The notes beneath the pieces are model-generated. The model was not told where the DNA came from and did not search any database. It saw nothing but the letters and a program-made list of their open reading frames with translations. 64,000 bases of DNA from Octopus sinensis (lineage: Eukaryota). Below, in pieces: positions 38,061-51,533 of this stretch (the first letter of the stretch is position 1; each line of letters starts with the position of its first letter). The DNA lies in assembly GCF_006345805.1 (NCBI RefSeq), contig NC_042997.1, positions 44,268,001-44,332,000 of the forward strand, read 5' to 3'. The position numbers and the translations under genes were made by a program.

Positions 38061-38799
38061 TCCCTTTGATCCCCAGTCGTCAATTTGTTTATTATTATTA
38101 TTTTCAGCTTCGCCTCGTATTGCATATTATGTATGATTTATTAGTTATCGTTGACCATCGGTTCCGGCCTCGTGTCTCGCTAAATACAGAATAGATATTT
38201 AAGTTTCTCCATACAGGGGTTTTCAATGGCGGCCGATTTTCGCGGGGTTCCACTATTCCCTTTCTCTCTCTCCCTCTTTACGTTGTCTGCCCTCCCCCTC
38301 TTCCTTCCCCCTTCCATTGCTAAGAGCATTTTTAAGCCAGCCCGTAAAGTAACGTGCCTCATTTCTTGATTATGTTTTTATCTATCTATCTATTTTATCT
38401 ACTTACTAATTACTAATACGCTTAAGCAGTTGTCATTGTATTCCCTAATTCCTCTCATCATTATGTGCCGATAATTTCTCCATTTCTCCACCGTCCCTTT
38501 ATTAATTTTGCCCGTCCAAGTCCTCGCTCTCTCGTCTTTCAACCTTCGCGTATTCGCGGTGCACCCGCCCTTGCCCACCCCCACCACCAATACCGGATAT
38601 CTCTATATTTTTGCTCCATCTATACCAGATGTCGCTTCTCCCACCACCATTATAGGTGTCTACTCTTCGAACCCCCCTCTTCAACACGCTATTTCACCAT
38701 GCATTACCCCTCTCATGATATCCTACGTTCTACTTGTCTAGAACCTGTCATCGTTTCTCCGAACACCCCTCCCCACTGGTGCTCCCCTATATTTCTGCA

Positions 38800-39127
38800 C
38801 CCTCCCCCCCACATAAAAAAGCACCATCCGAACGTGGCCGATGCCAGCACCGCCCCGACTGGCTTCTGTGCAGGTGGCACATAAAAAGCACCAACTGACC
38901 GTGGCCGATGCCAGACCCCTCTGGCACCTGTGCAGATGGCACGTAAAAAGCACCCACTACACTCGCGGAGTGGTTGGCGTTAGGAAGGGCATCCAGCTGT
39001 AGAAACACTGCCAGACCAGACTGGAGCCTGGGGCAGCCACTGGCTCCCCAGACCCCGGTCGAAACCATCCAACCCGTGCTAGCGTGGAAAACGGACGTTA
39101 AACGATGATGATGATGATGATGATGAT
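38800..39127 (+). mobile_element. RTE 3'-UTR-derived element
   Basis: Family repeats, tail and (GAT)n. Confidence 0.85.
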
Positions 39128-39297
39128 ATATATAAATATTTATGTATTATGTATATGTATGTGTGTGTATGTGTGTGTGTGTGTGTATCTATGTATAAAC
39201 AGAAAGTGAGTTGTAATATACATAAGAAAGTAAAGAAGGAAAATGCACACACTTTACATAATTTTAATATAATTTTTAATATATTTTATATTGTGTT

Positions 39298-39330
39298 TGT
39301 CAATTGGTTTCACTTTCGCTAATCATGACA
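39298..39330 (-). ncRNA. Minimal hammerhead, A3:U8 core (PLE3 inverted pLTR, decayed stem III)
   Basis: TGTC ATGATTA GC-GAAA-GT GAA ACCAAT T GACA. Confidence 0.55.
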
Positions 39331-41057
39331 TTAAAATTTATTTTACAACCTACCTAAAATACACAAGAGCAAGATAGTTGAAGCTTGCAAACAATCACCA
39401 AGCAAATACATAAATATCCAAGTGCCAGAAGACCTAAAGTTAAGGTTCATTATAGCCGGCACAGCCTGTGAAACCCACCGCCTAAGCAATTTTATTGACA
39501 TCCTACTGAAACTCTTGCTGAAATACATCAAAAGTTTCATTAGAGACGATTTAGACATGCAAGAGCACCTACCAAAAACAACTAGGGAAGAAGCATTATT
39601 GGTTTCCTTTGATGTTATCAATCTTTACACCAACATCCCACATGATTATGGAATAGAAGCAATCAAATTCTGGTTGGAAATGTATCCTGAAGTACTTCTG
39701 GAATGCATAAATTAGGTTTTTATTATTGAATCTTTAAAATTTATACTTCAGAAAAATTATTTCCTATTTGATGACACCTGCTATCGTCAAAAATGTGGAA
39801 TTGCGATTGGAATGAAAGCAGCCCCTGTTCTTGTGAACCTGATAATGGGTTATTTTGAATTTACCACATATGAAGCGCCACTGCAGAAATATGATTATCC
39901 ATTTCACCATTATATAAGAGAAAACAGGACAAGATATCTGGATGACTGTTTTATCATTTGGAAGGAGACCATTGATAAGCTTTTGAAATTCAAATCAACA
40001 CTAAATGATATAAACCTTAACACTCAATTCACAATGGAATATAGCAAAGAACAGCTCCCATTTTTTGGATATTATGATAAAAAAAAAAGTTAACAACCAA
40101 ATTATAACTGACATCTATCAGAAACCAATGATCTTGAAGCAATATCGCCTTTTCAGTTCATACCACCCGAAACACATCAATTTAATTTGGCAAAAAGGAC
40201 TTGCACAATAGTGTTTGATAGAACTACTCAGGACCTTAGTCTTCAAGACCTCAGAACAACACTAACTAAAAGACAATATCCACCCTCATTTATAGATGAG
40301 GGAATTAAGTGTGCCAAGAAATTAGACATAAAAACACTAAGGACAGCAAAACATAACACCACACCTCTTCTCAAAACACTACTGTATGTATCAACTCAAC
40401 CCTAGGAACAATGAGGCATACAACACTATTGTGCAAAACCTACCTATGCTCACTAGAGACCCAAAAAGGAACGTCCTGAGAGCACATAAATTCATCAAAG
40501 CACATAAATTCGCAAAAAGCAACACAAATTGCTACAGAGACTCCTAAGAAATGCAAAGCTTTACACATCAACCATGAAACCAATAGTTAAAAAATGTGGA
40601 CGCCCAAACTGTGAAACATGCCCAACCTACTGGAAGGCTCAGATTTCCTTTTCAAATGAGGAGAGAGGTTCACAATTAATACCAACTACACTTGTGCCTC
40701 TGAGAATCTAATTTATGTAATAACCTTCTCAGGTTGTAGACATCACTATATAGGACAGACAAGTATGACTTTGAGACAGAGAACCACTGTACATAAAAAG
40801 TAGACCCAGTTCCCACAATATGGATAGATTTCTTTAAGTGAACACAGAGAGATGTGCAATTTTCCCCTTCTACCAGTGCAAAGATACAATTTCTATACAA
40901 GAACGTTTAGATACATAAAATCTATTCATTGAAAAATACAGAACACATCTAAGCATGCACACATAACCAACTATGATCTCTATACATATTTTAATTCATG
41001 ATTACATACCCATCACTGTACATATTTCTTCCCGCTAGTTTTTGAATTTTTTATGTG

Positions 41058-41097
<40 letters not shown>

Positions 41098-41130
41098 CGC
41101 GTGTGTGTGTGTATGTATGTATGTGTATAT

Positions 41131-41177
<47 letters not shown>

Positions 41178-41359
41178 GTATGTATATGTATGTATGTATA
41201 TATATATATGAACAATTAACTCCATGTCCACAATAATAATGATAACTAATTACCTCCCCTTAGATTTTTCTACTTGTTGAATCATTCATTCATAAACTCC
41301 CCACACAACATGGACCAAAAAATTTTTCTGAAGAAAATACATATTTAAATAAATTTAAA

Positions 41360-41392
41360 TGTCATGATTAGCGAAAGCGAAACTGGTTAACA
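41360..41392 (+). ncRNA. Minimal hammerhead, A3:U8 core (PLE3 3' pLTR)
   Basis: TGTC ATGATTA GC-GAAA-GC GAA AC-TG-GT T AACA. Confidence 0.6.
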
Positions 41393-41477
41393 AACACAAT
41401 ATAAAATATACTGAATATTGTATTAAAACTATGTAAAGTGTGCGCATTTTTCTTCTTTAATTTCTTATATATGATTG

Positions 41478-41815
41478 ATTCGATTGATTGATTCTAGTTT
41501 CAGCTCACGAGCTGTGGCCATGCTGGGGCACCGCCATTTGGTGTTGCTACATGGTTTTACTTCACGAAAGCTTTTTAGCAACTGCCATTTGGTGCATGAG
41601 AGAGTTCGATGCAGCTGCCCTCATCTACACCTCCTGCCGTGAAGTTGGTTCATCTGGGATACCTGACAAGAAGAGATCCAGTTTCATTTTAAAGACATCT
41701 GCATCCACCCCATGCAGGTCTCTTAGGTTCTTCGGGAGGATATTGAAGAGCTGTGGGCCTTGGAAGCCCAGGCTATCACAGTATCTTGTCCTACATCTTG
41801 ATGGCAAATTTGGAG
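41478..41815 (-). mobile_element. 5'-truncated CR1-group LINE (same family as 57070-60457)
   Basis: DSLGFQGPQLFNILPKNLRDLHGVDADVFKMKLDLFLSGIPDEP and (AATC)n tail. Confidence 0.88.
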
Positions 41816-41908
41816 TCCTAGGCACTATTTTATATAAAGATTATTAACTTTAACAATACTCAGAAACAGGCTAGAATCAAAGTGCTCAAAATGAGCTAAG
41901 TTCCAATT

Positions 41909-42670
41909 TATAATTTGAATGGAGACAATATGAGCAGAAAACTAGAGGAACATGACTTATTCTCCAGGAGAATATTCAATATATATGTGTACTTTCTTCG
42001 ACATTAATAAATCAATATAAAGTTCGAGATAATATTAGTATTAAAAGCATACAAGTATATAAACATATAAATATTTAATATTTAAAAACATGCAAATATT
42101 TTAAAATATTTTAAAATACGTAGGCATTTTAAAAATATATAAACACATAAATAGATACATAAATAGAAATAAAAAACGTCTATATGATATAAGATAAAAA
42201 AATATTTTTAAATACTCATAAATACATATAAATACGCAGGCAAAATATTATATATTTATGAGTATTTTTAAATGTTTTTAAATACCTACGAGTTTTTATC
42301 TTATATCATATCGACGTTTTTTATATCTATTTATGTATCTATTTATATGTTTATATATTTTTAAAATGCCTATGCATTTAAAAATATTTAAAAATATTTT
42401 TAAATATTTGCATGTTTTTAAATATTAAATATTTATATGTTTATATACATGTATGTTTTTAATACTAATATTATCTCAAACTTTATATTGATTTATTAAT
42501 GTCAAAGAAAGTACACGAGTGGCTGTGTGGTAAGTAGCTTGCTAACCAACCACATGGTTCCGGTTTCAGACCCACTGTGTGGCATCTTGGGCAAGTGTCT
42601 TCTGCTATAGCCCCGGGCCGACCAATGCTTTGTGAGTGGATTTGGTAGACGGAAACTGAAAGAAGCCTGT

Positions 42671-42721
<51 letters not shown>

Positions 42722-43003
42722 TTGTGTGTCTGTGTTTGTCCCCCTAGCATTGCTTGACAACCAATGCTGGTGTGTTTACGTCCCCGTCACTTAGCGGTTC
42801 GGCAAAAGAGACTGATAGAATAAGTACTGGGCTTACAAAGAATAAGTCCCGGGGTTGATTTGCTCGACTAAATGCGGTGCTCCAGCATGGCCGCAGTCAA
42901 ATGACTGAAACAAGTAAAAGAGTAAAAAGAGAGATATATAATGAATATTCTACTGGATGATAGCTCATGTTCCTCTAGTTTTCCACTAGTATTGCCTCCA
43001 TTC

Positions 43004-43011
<8 letters not shown>
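41909..43011. mobile_element. AT-rich foldback (long inverted repeat) related to the PLE1 pLTR; SINE A (+, 42517-42932) in its right arm
   Basis: 41985-42230 pairs with 42300-42515; outer arm resumes after the SINE; shares aatg.agacaat...gaaa.ctagaggaacat with 14110-14155. Confidence 0.72.
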
Positions 43012-43034
<23 letters not shown>

Positions 43035-43892
43035 CCACTCACAAGGCTTTGGTCAGCCTGGGGCTATAGTAGAAGACACTTGTCCAAGGTGCCATGCAGT
43101 GGGACTGAACCCAGAATCATGTGGTTGGTAAGTGTTGTGTGGTCGCCCCCAAGCAAAAAAGTAGACTAGCCAAATATATAGATATAGAGGGAGAAGTCTA
43201 GATGTCGGGGAGTAGTAGACTAGAATGGAGTAGAGTCGAGTAGAAGGCATCCGAATGTGTGACATAACAGGAAGCACGCTTCTTACCACAGAGCCATGCC
43301 TGGGGCTATAATAGAAGACACTTGCCAAATGCAAAACTATTTGGTTAAACCATACAGCAATGCTTGCACCTATATTCATTATAATATTTAATGTGCATGT
43401 ATTTTGGTATTTGTAAGAAAGAGCAATGAGAAGATATAATGATCTTGTCTTCTTCAAGGTCAAGAAGGACAGATATGAAATGAAAATATTTTCAGCCAAG
43501 GAATAAAAACTGGGTCAATGATTTGGTTTGATAATAATTTTATTCTTATTCTGTGATACTCTTTAGTGTTTAGAAGTAAATAGAATAAAGTCAGGGAATT
43601 TTACAATTAAACAATGGAACCTCTAAGTAGTCACTTGACCTGCTTGAAATAGCAACAAAATTTCCCTTAAATTACACCCAATCATATTGAAGAAAAGATA
43701 TCTATCACTGCACCGGATATCGTATTATTAGATATCTTAGGAAATGACAAAAAAAAGATAGATGGAATGGGTATAGCTGGAACACTTTGGGTCATAGGTT
43801 AACTTCACTCTTGGAGCTGACTTGAGGCTAAACAACAACTTGCTAACAAAGATAATACATCATGGGAACATTAACATTAACTGTGTGATGTA

Positions 43893-44277
43893 TGGAAGCA
43901 TTCCGTCGGTTACGACGACGAGGGTTCCAATTGATCCGAATCAACGGAACAGCCTGCTCGTGAAATTAACGTGTAAGTGGCTGAGCACTCCACAGACACG
44001 TGTACCCTTAATGTAGTTCTCGGGGATATTCGGCGTGACACAGAGAGTGACAAGGCCGGCCCCTTGAAAAACAGGTACAACAGAAACAGGAAGTAAGAGT
44101 GAGAGAAAGTTGTGGTGAAAGAGTACAGCAGGGATCACCACCATCCCCTGCCGGAGCCTCGTGGAGCTTTAGGTGTTTTCGCTCAATAAACACTCACAAC
44201 GCCCAGTCTGGGAATCGAAACCGCGATCCTACGACCGCGAGTCCGCTGCCCTAACCACTGGGCCATTGCGCCTCCAC
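43893..44277 (-). mobile_element. SINE family C, full length
   Basis: TSD TGTGTGATGTA at 43882-43892 and 44278-44288. Confidence 0.92.
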
Positions 44278-44529
44278 TGTGTGATGTATATGTGTGTATA
44301 AATACTTGTTTTCTTTTAGACAAAGGAGGAAGTAGAAAGATCTCACATAGGAAGGGGAGGTAAGCACTGCGGAGGAAGGTGTTTTTATATTTTTGCTTAT
44401 GAAGGATATGGAAAACAGGAAGCAGTTGTAGTTCTAGTGAGTTTAGTCAGAGAGAGAAGTAACTGAAGATGGTTTATTCAAATGAATTTGATTTGTCAGT
44501 TGTAAAAGTGCTTATTTTGCAGATTATAT

Positions 44530-44792
44530 TTGTGGGATGACGTCAGCAGCTGGACGTCAGCAGCCGGGTGCGTTGACCAGAAGCTGGGGCAAGCGGAAGG
44601 GGTCAGCCGTCAGGCGTGCGCAGGGAGCGGAAATTGCGCCCTTTTCAACGTGGGTCGTGCAGGGGACAAGACGTGTGAGGACGTCGCTAAGGGTTTGGGC
44701 TAGCAGCTGCTATCGTTAGTGTTCGGGTCGGGGCTGTGAGGAAGGACTGGTCATCACTGGAGGGTCTCCGTCACTAAGAAGAGAAGGTAGGT
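44530..44792 (+). promoter_or_regulatory. CpG-rich candidate promoter / non-coding first exon with a 5' splice donor
   Basis: Unique GC/CpG-rich island in AT-rich DNA; CRE TGACGTCA at 44538-44545, ETS-like GCGGAA twice, NRF1-like GCGTGCGCA; GAAG|GTAGGT at 44786/44787. Confidence 0.55.
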
Positions 44793-45029
44793 GCCTCTAT
44801 ATTCAAATCGCGCACTCACTACAATATTATATATGAATGACAAGAACAAGAATTACAGAAAGAGTACAATGTTGGACAACTTGCCTAGTAGCATTCAGTT
44901 ATGTACTTTTTATCTTTCTAGGGGCAATGAATGAAGTTTTTGTCTTATTTTGGAATTGATTCATTCATCTTCAGCCTTCATTCTTAGCGACAGCAAATGT
45001 AATGCAATATCTAGTGACACTTTCATTTC

Positions 45030-45181
45030 ATCCACCTTACGTTCTGGGTTCAAATTCTGCCAAGGCTACCTTAACTTTTCATCCTTCCATGGTCAATAAA
45101 ATAAGTACCAGTTGAGCACTGGTAATCAACTTACCCCCTCCCCTGATATTGCTGGCCTGGTCCCAAAATTTGAAATCAATA
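45030..45181 (+). mobile_element. SINE B alternative-tail variant; further copies at 45705-45908 (-), 61305-61520 (+), 63170-63385 (+)
   Basis: Shared head and central domain, tail ctggccttgtgccaaaatttgaaaccaat. Confidence 0.72.
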
Positions 45182-45612
45182 TCTAATCACATATCTATAT
45201 ATTCTGAGTTCAAATCCTGCTAAGGTTGTTAAATAAGTTAGTGGTTATGCACAAGGAATTGCCTTGAATAGTTAAGAGTTCCTCCAGGACACAGTTGACA
45301 GAATAATAAGGTACCAATATTTAAATTTTTTTGCTTTCTCTCAGAAATATGAAGAATACATTATAAAAGAGATAAACCAAGTCTGTTGACTGAGTGCATC
45401 TTGTAGAATCAGAACATTTTTGAATTTTTCTGTGAGTTTATTCAAATATATTCCTTATTGGTTTCCAATAAGTTAACCAATGGTTTCCTGCATTTCTGAT
45501 GGTGAAAGTGACATGGGGATATTTGTGGAACTTAAGGGTAGAATAAATACCACAAGGTAATTTTGCATAACATACCACTATTTTATCACCGATGTATATA
45601 TCATTTGCCAAT

Positions 45613-45653
<41 letters not shown>

Positions 45654-45964
45654 ACACACACACACACACACACAAGTAAATTATTGTATCTAAAATAAGC
45701 ACAAATCTTGGAAGTTTGGGGAAGGGTGGTGAAGGGGGCTAGTTAATTATGTCAACCCCAGTGGTTGACTGGTACTTATTCAATCAACCTTGAAAAGATG
45801 AAAGGTAAAGTTTGATCTCACTGGAATTTGAACTCAGAAGGTAGAGTCAAAAGAAATGGTCCTGAGCAATTAGTCTGGCATACTTATGATTCTGTCAGCT
45901 CTCCACCATCACAAACATGCATATAATACATGCACATACACATGTACACTCATTTATAATCATG

Positions 45965-46000
<36 letters not shown>

Positions 46001-46014
46001 ACATACATACAACA

Positions 46015-46048
<34 letters not shown>

Positions 46049-46074
46049 CATACATACATACATACATACATACA

Positions 46075-46106
<32 letters not shown>

Positions 46107-46574
46107 ATGTTAATGTTTTATTTTTATATTCAGTTAAATAAAATCAATTCTATGTTAATCTGATGGTTACCCTATGCTGTTGAGGAGTACAAATTTATCA
46201 TCCTTAAGCAAGAATATTATTGACAGTGACTCCAGAGTTTCAGCCAGTTAAGCCACCATTCGATAATGGCTTAACTGATTGAAGCACCAAAGCCAATGTC
46301 AATAATATTCTTTTTAAGAATTATATATACATGATGATTGCTTCATCTTGACAGATGATAGCCATCCCATCAACACACATACACCAAACCCCATCACACA
46401 GTATAATCATTCCATTGATGAGCCCTTAAATGACTTTTAAAGACCAGCTGCTGACTGACAGGGTTTAAAACACAAGTGACAAATATTATTCAAGTTTCTT
46501 CAATATCTTTGCCCTTTGGAATCTGATTCTGAAGGAATGCTTTTGTGAATTAGCATATGTCTTTTAAGTCCAGA

Positions 46575-46860
46575 TATTGTCTATCAAGTTTTTTGACATC
46601 CCCGACTGGCTCCTGTGCCGGTGGCACATAAAAAGACCATCCGAACGTTGCTTCCATGCTGCTGGCACGTTAAAAGCTCCAACCGATCGTGACCGATGCC
46701 GGAGTGGTTGGCGTTAGGAAGGGCATCCAGCCGTAGAAACTCTGCCAGATCAGACTGGAGCCTGGAGCAGTCCCTGGCTTCCCAGACCCCGGTCGAACCG
46801 TCCAACCCGTGCTAGCACGGAAAACGGACGTTAAACGATAATGATGATGATGATGATGAT
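46575..46860 (+). mobile_element. RTE 3'-UTR-derived element
   Basis: Family tail plus (GAT)n. Confidence 0.85.
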
Positions 46861-46861
46861 G

Positions 46862-47150
46862 AACACAAGTCGTAAGAGGTGGTTGGTGTCTAAGATCATT
46901 AACTATCTGGGCATTACGATTTTCATGTGACTTCATATGGTTCACATATCTTGCTTTTGACAACAGAACACAGTCACATATAATACATACCCAATGTTCA
47001 CTGTTGATTGCAGTTCTATTTGCTCCTTTGCGACCGGCCCTTTTAAGTTCAGAGTGCTGAATCGTCTTTTCCTCCCAGGCATTACAGCCAGTCCTAGCAG
47101 CACCTCTCCACAATCTAGAGCATCATTTTCCCCAATCACTTTTGTTCATA
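46862..47150 (-). mobile_element. RTE (BovB-like) C-terminal fragment with a C2H2-like motif
   Basis: WRGAARTGCNAWEEK...KRAGRK...CIICDCVLLSKARYVNHMKSH. Confidence 0.65.
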
Positions 47151-47298
47151 TCTAGGTTTTCCTTCACAGTCTTTATACTTTTTCCTTGGTTTATGTTGTG
47201 GTCACTTACCAGAGTTGAGCTCACCATAAAATATATATATATATGTTGGTTTAACTGCATAAGTTTCATTTTTAAAATCTTATTCAAGACTGGTTGAA

Positions 47299-47691
47299 TG
47301 GATGGATGGAAGCACTCAGTCGGTTATGACGACGAGGGTTCCGGTTGATCCGAATCAACGGAACAGCCTTCTCGTGAAATTAACGTGTAAGTGGCTGAGC
47401 ACTCCACAGACACGTGTACCCATAACGTAGTTCTCGGGGATATTCAGCATGACACAGAGAGTGACAAGGCCGGCCCTTTGAAATACAGGCACAACAGAAA
47501 CAGGAAGTAAGAGTGAGAGAAAGTTGTGATGAAAGAGTACAGCAGGGATCACCACCATCCCCTGCCGGAGCCTCGTGGAGCTTCAGGTGTTTCCGCTCAA
47601 TAAACACTCACAACGCCCGGTCTGGGAATCGAAACCGCGATCCTATGACCGCGAGTCCGCTGCCCTAACCACTGGGCCATTGCGCCTCCAC
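47299..47691 (-). mobile_element. SINE family C, full length
   Basis: TSD ACTGGTTGAA/ACTTGTTGAA (1 mismatch); (TCCA)n tail. Confidence 0.92.
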
Positions 47692-48269
47692 ACTTGTTGA
47701 ATAAATCAATAATGACAACACATAAAGACCCAGTCAAATCATTATTATCAATAAATTTTACTTCACAAAAGGTATAGAGTCACATCATCAGTAAATGTTT
47801 CATTGTTTCCGACGAGTTAGTCAGCAATACTAAGATATATATACATACATGCATGCACACACATAGGTACACACACACATGCACACAAACATGTGCACAC
47901 ATATACATGCAGTGCTACGTAAAAGTCCTTGTGAAGTGCTACGTAAAAGCACCCAAGACACTCTGTAAAGTTGCTGGTGTTTTGAAGGGGATCCAATCAT
48001 AGAAACCATGGCAAACCAGACTGGAGCCTGGTGCAGATCCCCAGCTTGCCAGCTCTGGTTACACTGTCCAACTCATATATTCATATATATATATATATAT
48101 AAAATATATTAGGGAGTATAACTCCAAACTTACTGGGAAAAATTCAATTCAATATTAAATCAAATTTCACAATATAAATATATAATATATATTAATTAGA
48201 GAAAATCCACTATTATGCAATTCAAACAATTGCATAATAGTGTTTTTTCTCTAATTTATATATATATAT

Positions 48270-48570
48270 ATAAGAAGGTTGAAAAGGAACACATGAGTTG
48301 ATATATATGATGGAAAAAAAAGTCAAGATAGAAACTGCTAAAGTAATTTTATAAAAAACCTTCCAGCACCGGTTTCAGTCATTGAGACTTTTTAAACTGT
48401 AAGTATGGAAAATAATTAAATTTAGGAAAAATAAAAATCTTTTAATTTTTCCAAAATTTAATTGTTTCCATACCTACAGGTGAAAAAGTCTGAATGACTG
48501 AAACCGGTACTTAAAAATTTTTTTATAAAATTATTTTAGCATTTTCTATCTTGACTTTTTCCCCCATATA
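48270..48570. mobile_element. Palindromic pair of PLE2-family pLTRs, each with a degenerate hammerhead
   Basis: 48315-48435 is approximately the reverse complement of 48445-48565; ACAG GTGAAAA AGTC-TGAAT-GACT GAAACCGGTA on + and TTTAAAA AGTC..GACT GAAACCGGTG on -. Confidence 0.7.
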
Positions 48571-48574
48571 TATA

Positions 48575-49838
48575 TCATCATCATCATCATCATCATTTAG
48601 CGTCCGTTTTCCATGCTAGCATGGGTTGGACGGTTCTACTGGGGTCTGTGAAGCCAGAAGGCTTCATCAGGCCCAGTCAAATCTGGCAGTGTTTCTACGG
48701 CTGGATGCCCTTCCTAACGCCAACCACTCCGTGAGTGTAGTGGGTGCTTTTTACGTGCCACCCGCACTGGTGCCAGACAGAGCTGGCAAACGGCCACGAA
48801 CGGATGGTGCTTTTTATGTGCCACCGGCACGAGGGCCAGGCGAGGCTGGCAACGGACACGAAACGGAGCGGTGCTGGCAACGGTCGCGAAACGGAAAGTT
48901 CTCTTACATGCCACCGGCACTGGTAACACATCTGCAATTTCCATTGATCGATTTCCATTGATCGATTTCGATTCTGATCCTCACTTGCCTCAATGGGTCT
49001 TCACAAGCAGAGTTTCGACATGCCACCGGCACTGGTAGCACATCCGCAATTTCCATTGATCGATTTCGATTCTGATCCTCACTTGCCTCAACACGTCTTC
49101 ACAAGTAGAGTTTTGTGTCCCAAGAAGGGAAGGTATGCATACGTAGGCTGGCTCCATCCCATGTAGAAGGCCACGGGTTGTGGACTCACTTGTCCTGCCG
49201 GGTCTTCTCGCGCACAGCACACTTCCAGAGGTCTCGGTCTCTAGTCATTTCCTCAGTGAGACCTAAAGTTCGAAGGTCGTGCTTCACCACCTCGTCCCAG
49301 GTTTTCCTGGGTCTGCCTCTTCCACAGGTTCCCTCAACGCTAGGGTGTGGCACTTTTTCACACAACTATTTTCATCCATTCTCGCCACATGACCATACCA
49401 GCGCAAACGTCTCTCTTGCACACCACAACTGATGCTTCTTAGGTCCAGCTTTTCTCTCAAGGTACTTACACTCTGCCGAGTGTGAGTACCGGCATTACAC
49501 ATCCATCGGAGCATACTGGCTTCATTTCTAGCGAGCTTACGCATATCCTCAGCAGTCACGGCCCATGTTTCACTGCCATGTAGCATGGCTGTTCGTACAC
49601 ACGCATCATACAGTCTGCCTTTCACTCTGTGCGAGAGGCCTTTTGTCACCAGCAGAGGTAAGAGCTCTCTGAACTTTGCCCAAGCTATTCTTACTCTAGC
49701 AGTTACACTTTCAGCACACCCGCCCCCGCTGCTGACTTGGTCACCTAGGTAACGGAAACTATCAACTATTTCTAGTTTTTCTCCCTGGAAAGTGACGGAA
49801 GTTGGTCTCAGAGCATTTTCAGTGTTTATTGTTCCTGA
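48575..49838 (-). mobile_element. 5'-truncated RTE LINE, near-identical to 16712-17952
   Basis: Side-by-side match with few substitutions and a 1-nt deletion near 49337. Confidence 0.93.
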
Positions 49839-49871
49839 ATATATACATACATACAAACATACATGCATACG

Positions 49872-49906
<35 letters not shown>

Positions 49907-49908
<2 letters not shown>

Positions 49909-50113
49909 CTCTTTACTCTTTTACTTGTTTCAGTCATTTGACTGCGGCCATGCTGGAGCACTGCCTTTAGTCGACGAAATCGACCCCGGGACTTATTCTT
50001 TGTAAGCCCAGTACTTATTCTATCGGTCTCTTTTGCCGAACCGCTAAGTGACGGGGACGTAAACACACCAGCATCGGTTGTCAAGCAATGCTAGGGGGAC
50101 AAACACAGACACA

Positions 50114-50157
<44 letters not shown>

Positions 50158-50347
50158 TATATATATATATATATATACATATATACGACAGGCTTCTTTC
50201 AGTTTCCGTCTACCAAATCCACTCACAAGGCATTGGTCGGCCCGGGGCTATAGCAGAAGACACTTTCCCAAGATGCCACGCAGTGGGACTGAACCCGGAA
50301 CCATGTGGCTGGTTAGCAAGCTACTTACCACACAGCCACTCCTGCGC

Positions 50348-50349
<2 letters not shown>
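49907..50349 (-). mobile_element. SINE family A, full length
   Basis: Family consensus. Confidence 0.92.
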
Positions 50350-50384
<35 letters not shown>

Positions 50385-50698
50385 CATGTATAGACACACA
50401 AATGTGCATACATACACAGATATGTACATATATATATATACACACACACTGCAAGCATATTTATGCTTGCAAACATGTATGCAAATACAGAGATTAAATA
50501 ATCAGGAAAACAACGGATTAATTCATCAATTTCAATTTTCATGTGCAAAAATATTGTAGACAGGGATGACACACAGACACACATTTAGCAACACAAGAGT
50601 AACTGAGTCACAAATTCGAAAGAGAAACGAGAGCATAAGGAATATATTGAGTTCTAAACACATGGCTACTTGGTGGACTTTTTCTAAAAGCACTTAAT

Positions 50699-50729
<31 letters not shown>

Positions 50730-50839
50730 AGCAGCAGGTTATACAGCTACCATGTCATGCCAAGACAAGGAGATAGTAAGTACAACATACATGCACACAC
50801 ACACACACAACACACACACACACACACACATATATATAT

Positions 50840-50886
<47 letters not shown>

Positions 50887-51049
50887 CGACAGGCTTCTTT
50901 CAGTTTCCGTCTACCAAATCCACTCACAAGGCATTGGTCAGCCCGGGGCTATAGCAGAAGAAGACACTTCCCAAGATGCCACGCAGTGGGACTGAACCCG
51001 GAACCATGTGGCTGGTTAGCAAGCTACTTACCACACAGCCACTCCTGCG

Positions 51050-51095
<46 letters not shown>

Positions 51096-51533
51096 CATGT
51101 ATAGACACACAAATGTGCATACATACACAGATATGTATATATATATACACACACACTGCAAGCATATTTATGCTTGCAAACATGTATGCAAATACAGAGA
51201 TTAAATAATCAGGAAAACAACGGATTAATTCATCAATTTCAATTTTCATGTGCAAAAATATTGTAGACAGGGATGACACACAGACACACATTTAGCAACA
51301 CAAGAGTAACTGAGTCACAAATTCGAAAGAGAAACGAGAGCATAAGGAAATATATTGAGTTCTAAACACATGGCTACTTGGTGGACTTTTTCTAAAAGCA
51401 CTTAATCATCATCATCATCATCAGCAGCAGCAGCAGCAGGTTATACAGCTACCATGTCATGCCAAGACAAGGAGATAGTAAGTACAAACATACATGCACA
51501 CACACGCACACACACACACACACACACACATTC

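Larger units (their letters stand above)
39220..41470 (+). mobile_element. Penelope-like element 3, degraded, inverted pLTRs
   Basis: IIAGTACETHRLSNFIDILL, NLYTNIP, RYLDDCF, KKCGRPNCETCP; homologous to PLE2; 39220-39340 is the reverse complement of 41352-41470. Confidence 0.9.

Noticed and set aside
38060-38800. C-rich, CpG-containing stretch next to the ATT array
   Set aside because: Probably an old TE 3' region; no recognisable ORF, ends or complete ribozyme.
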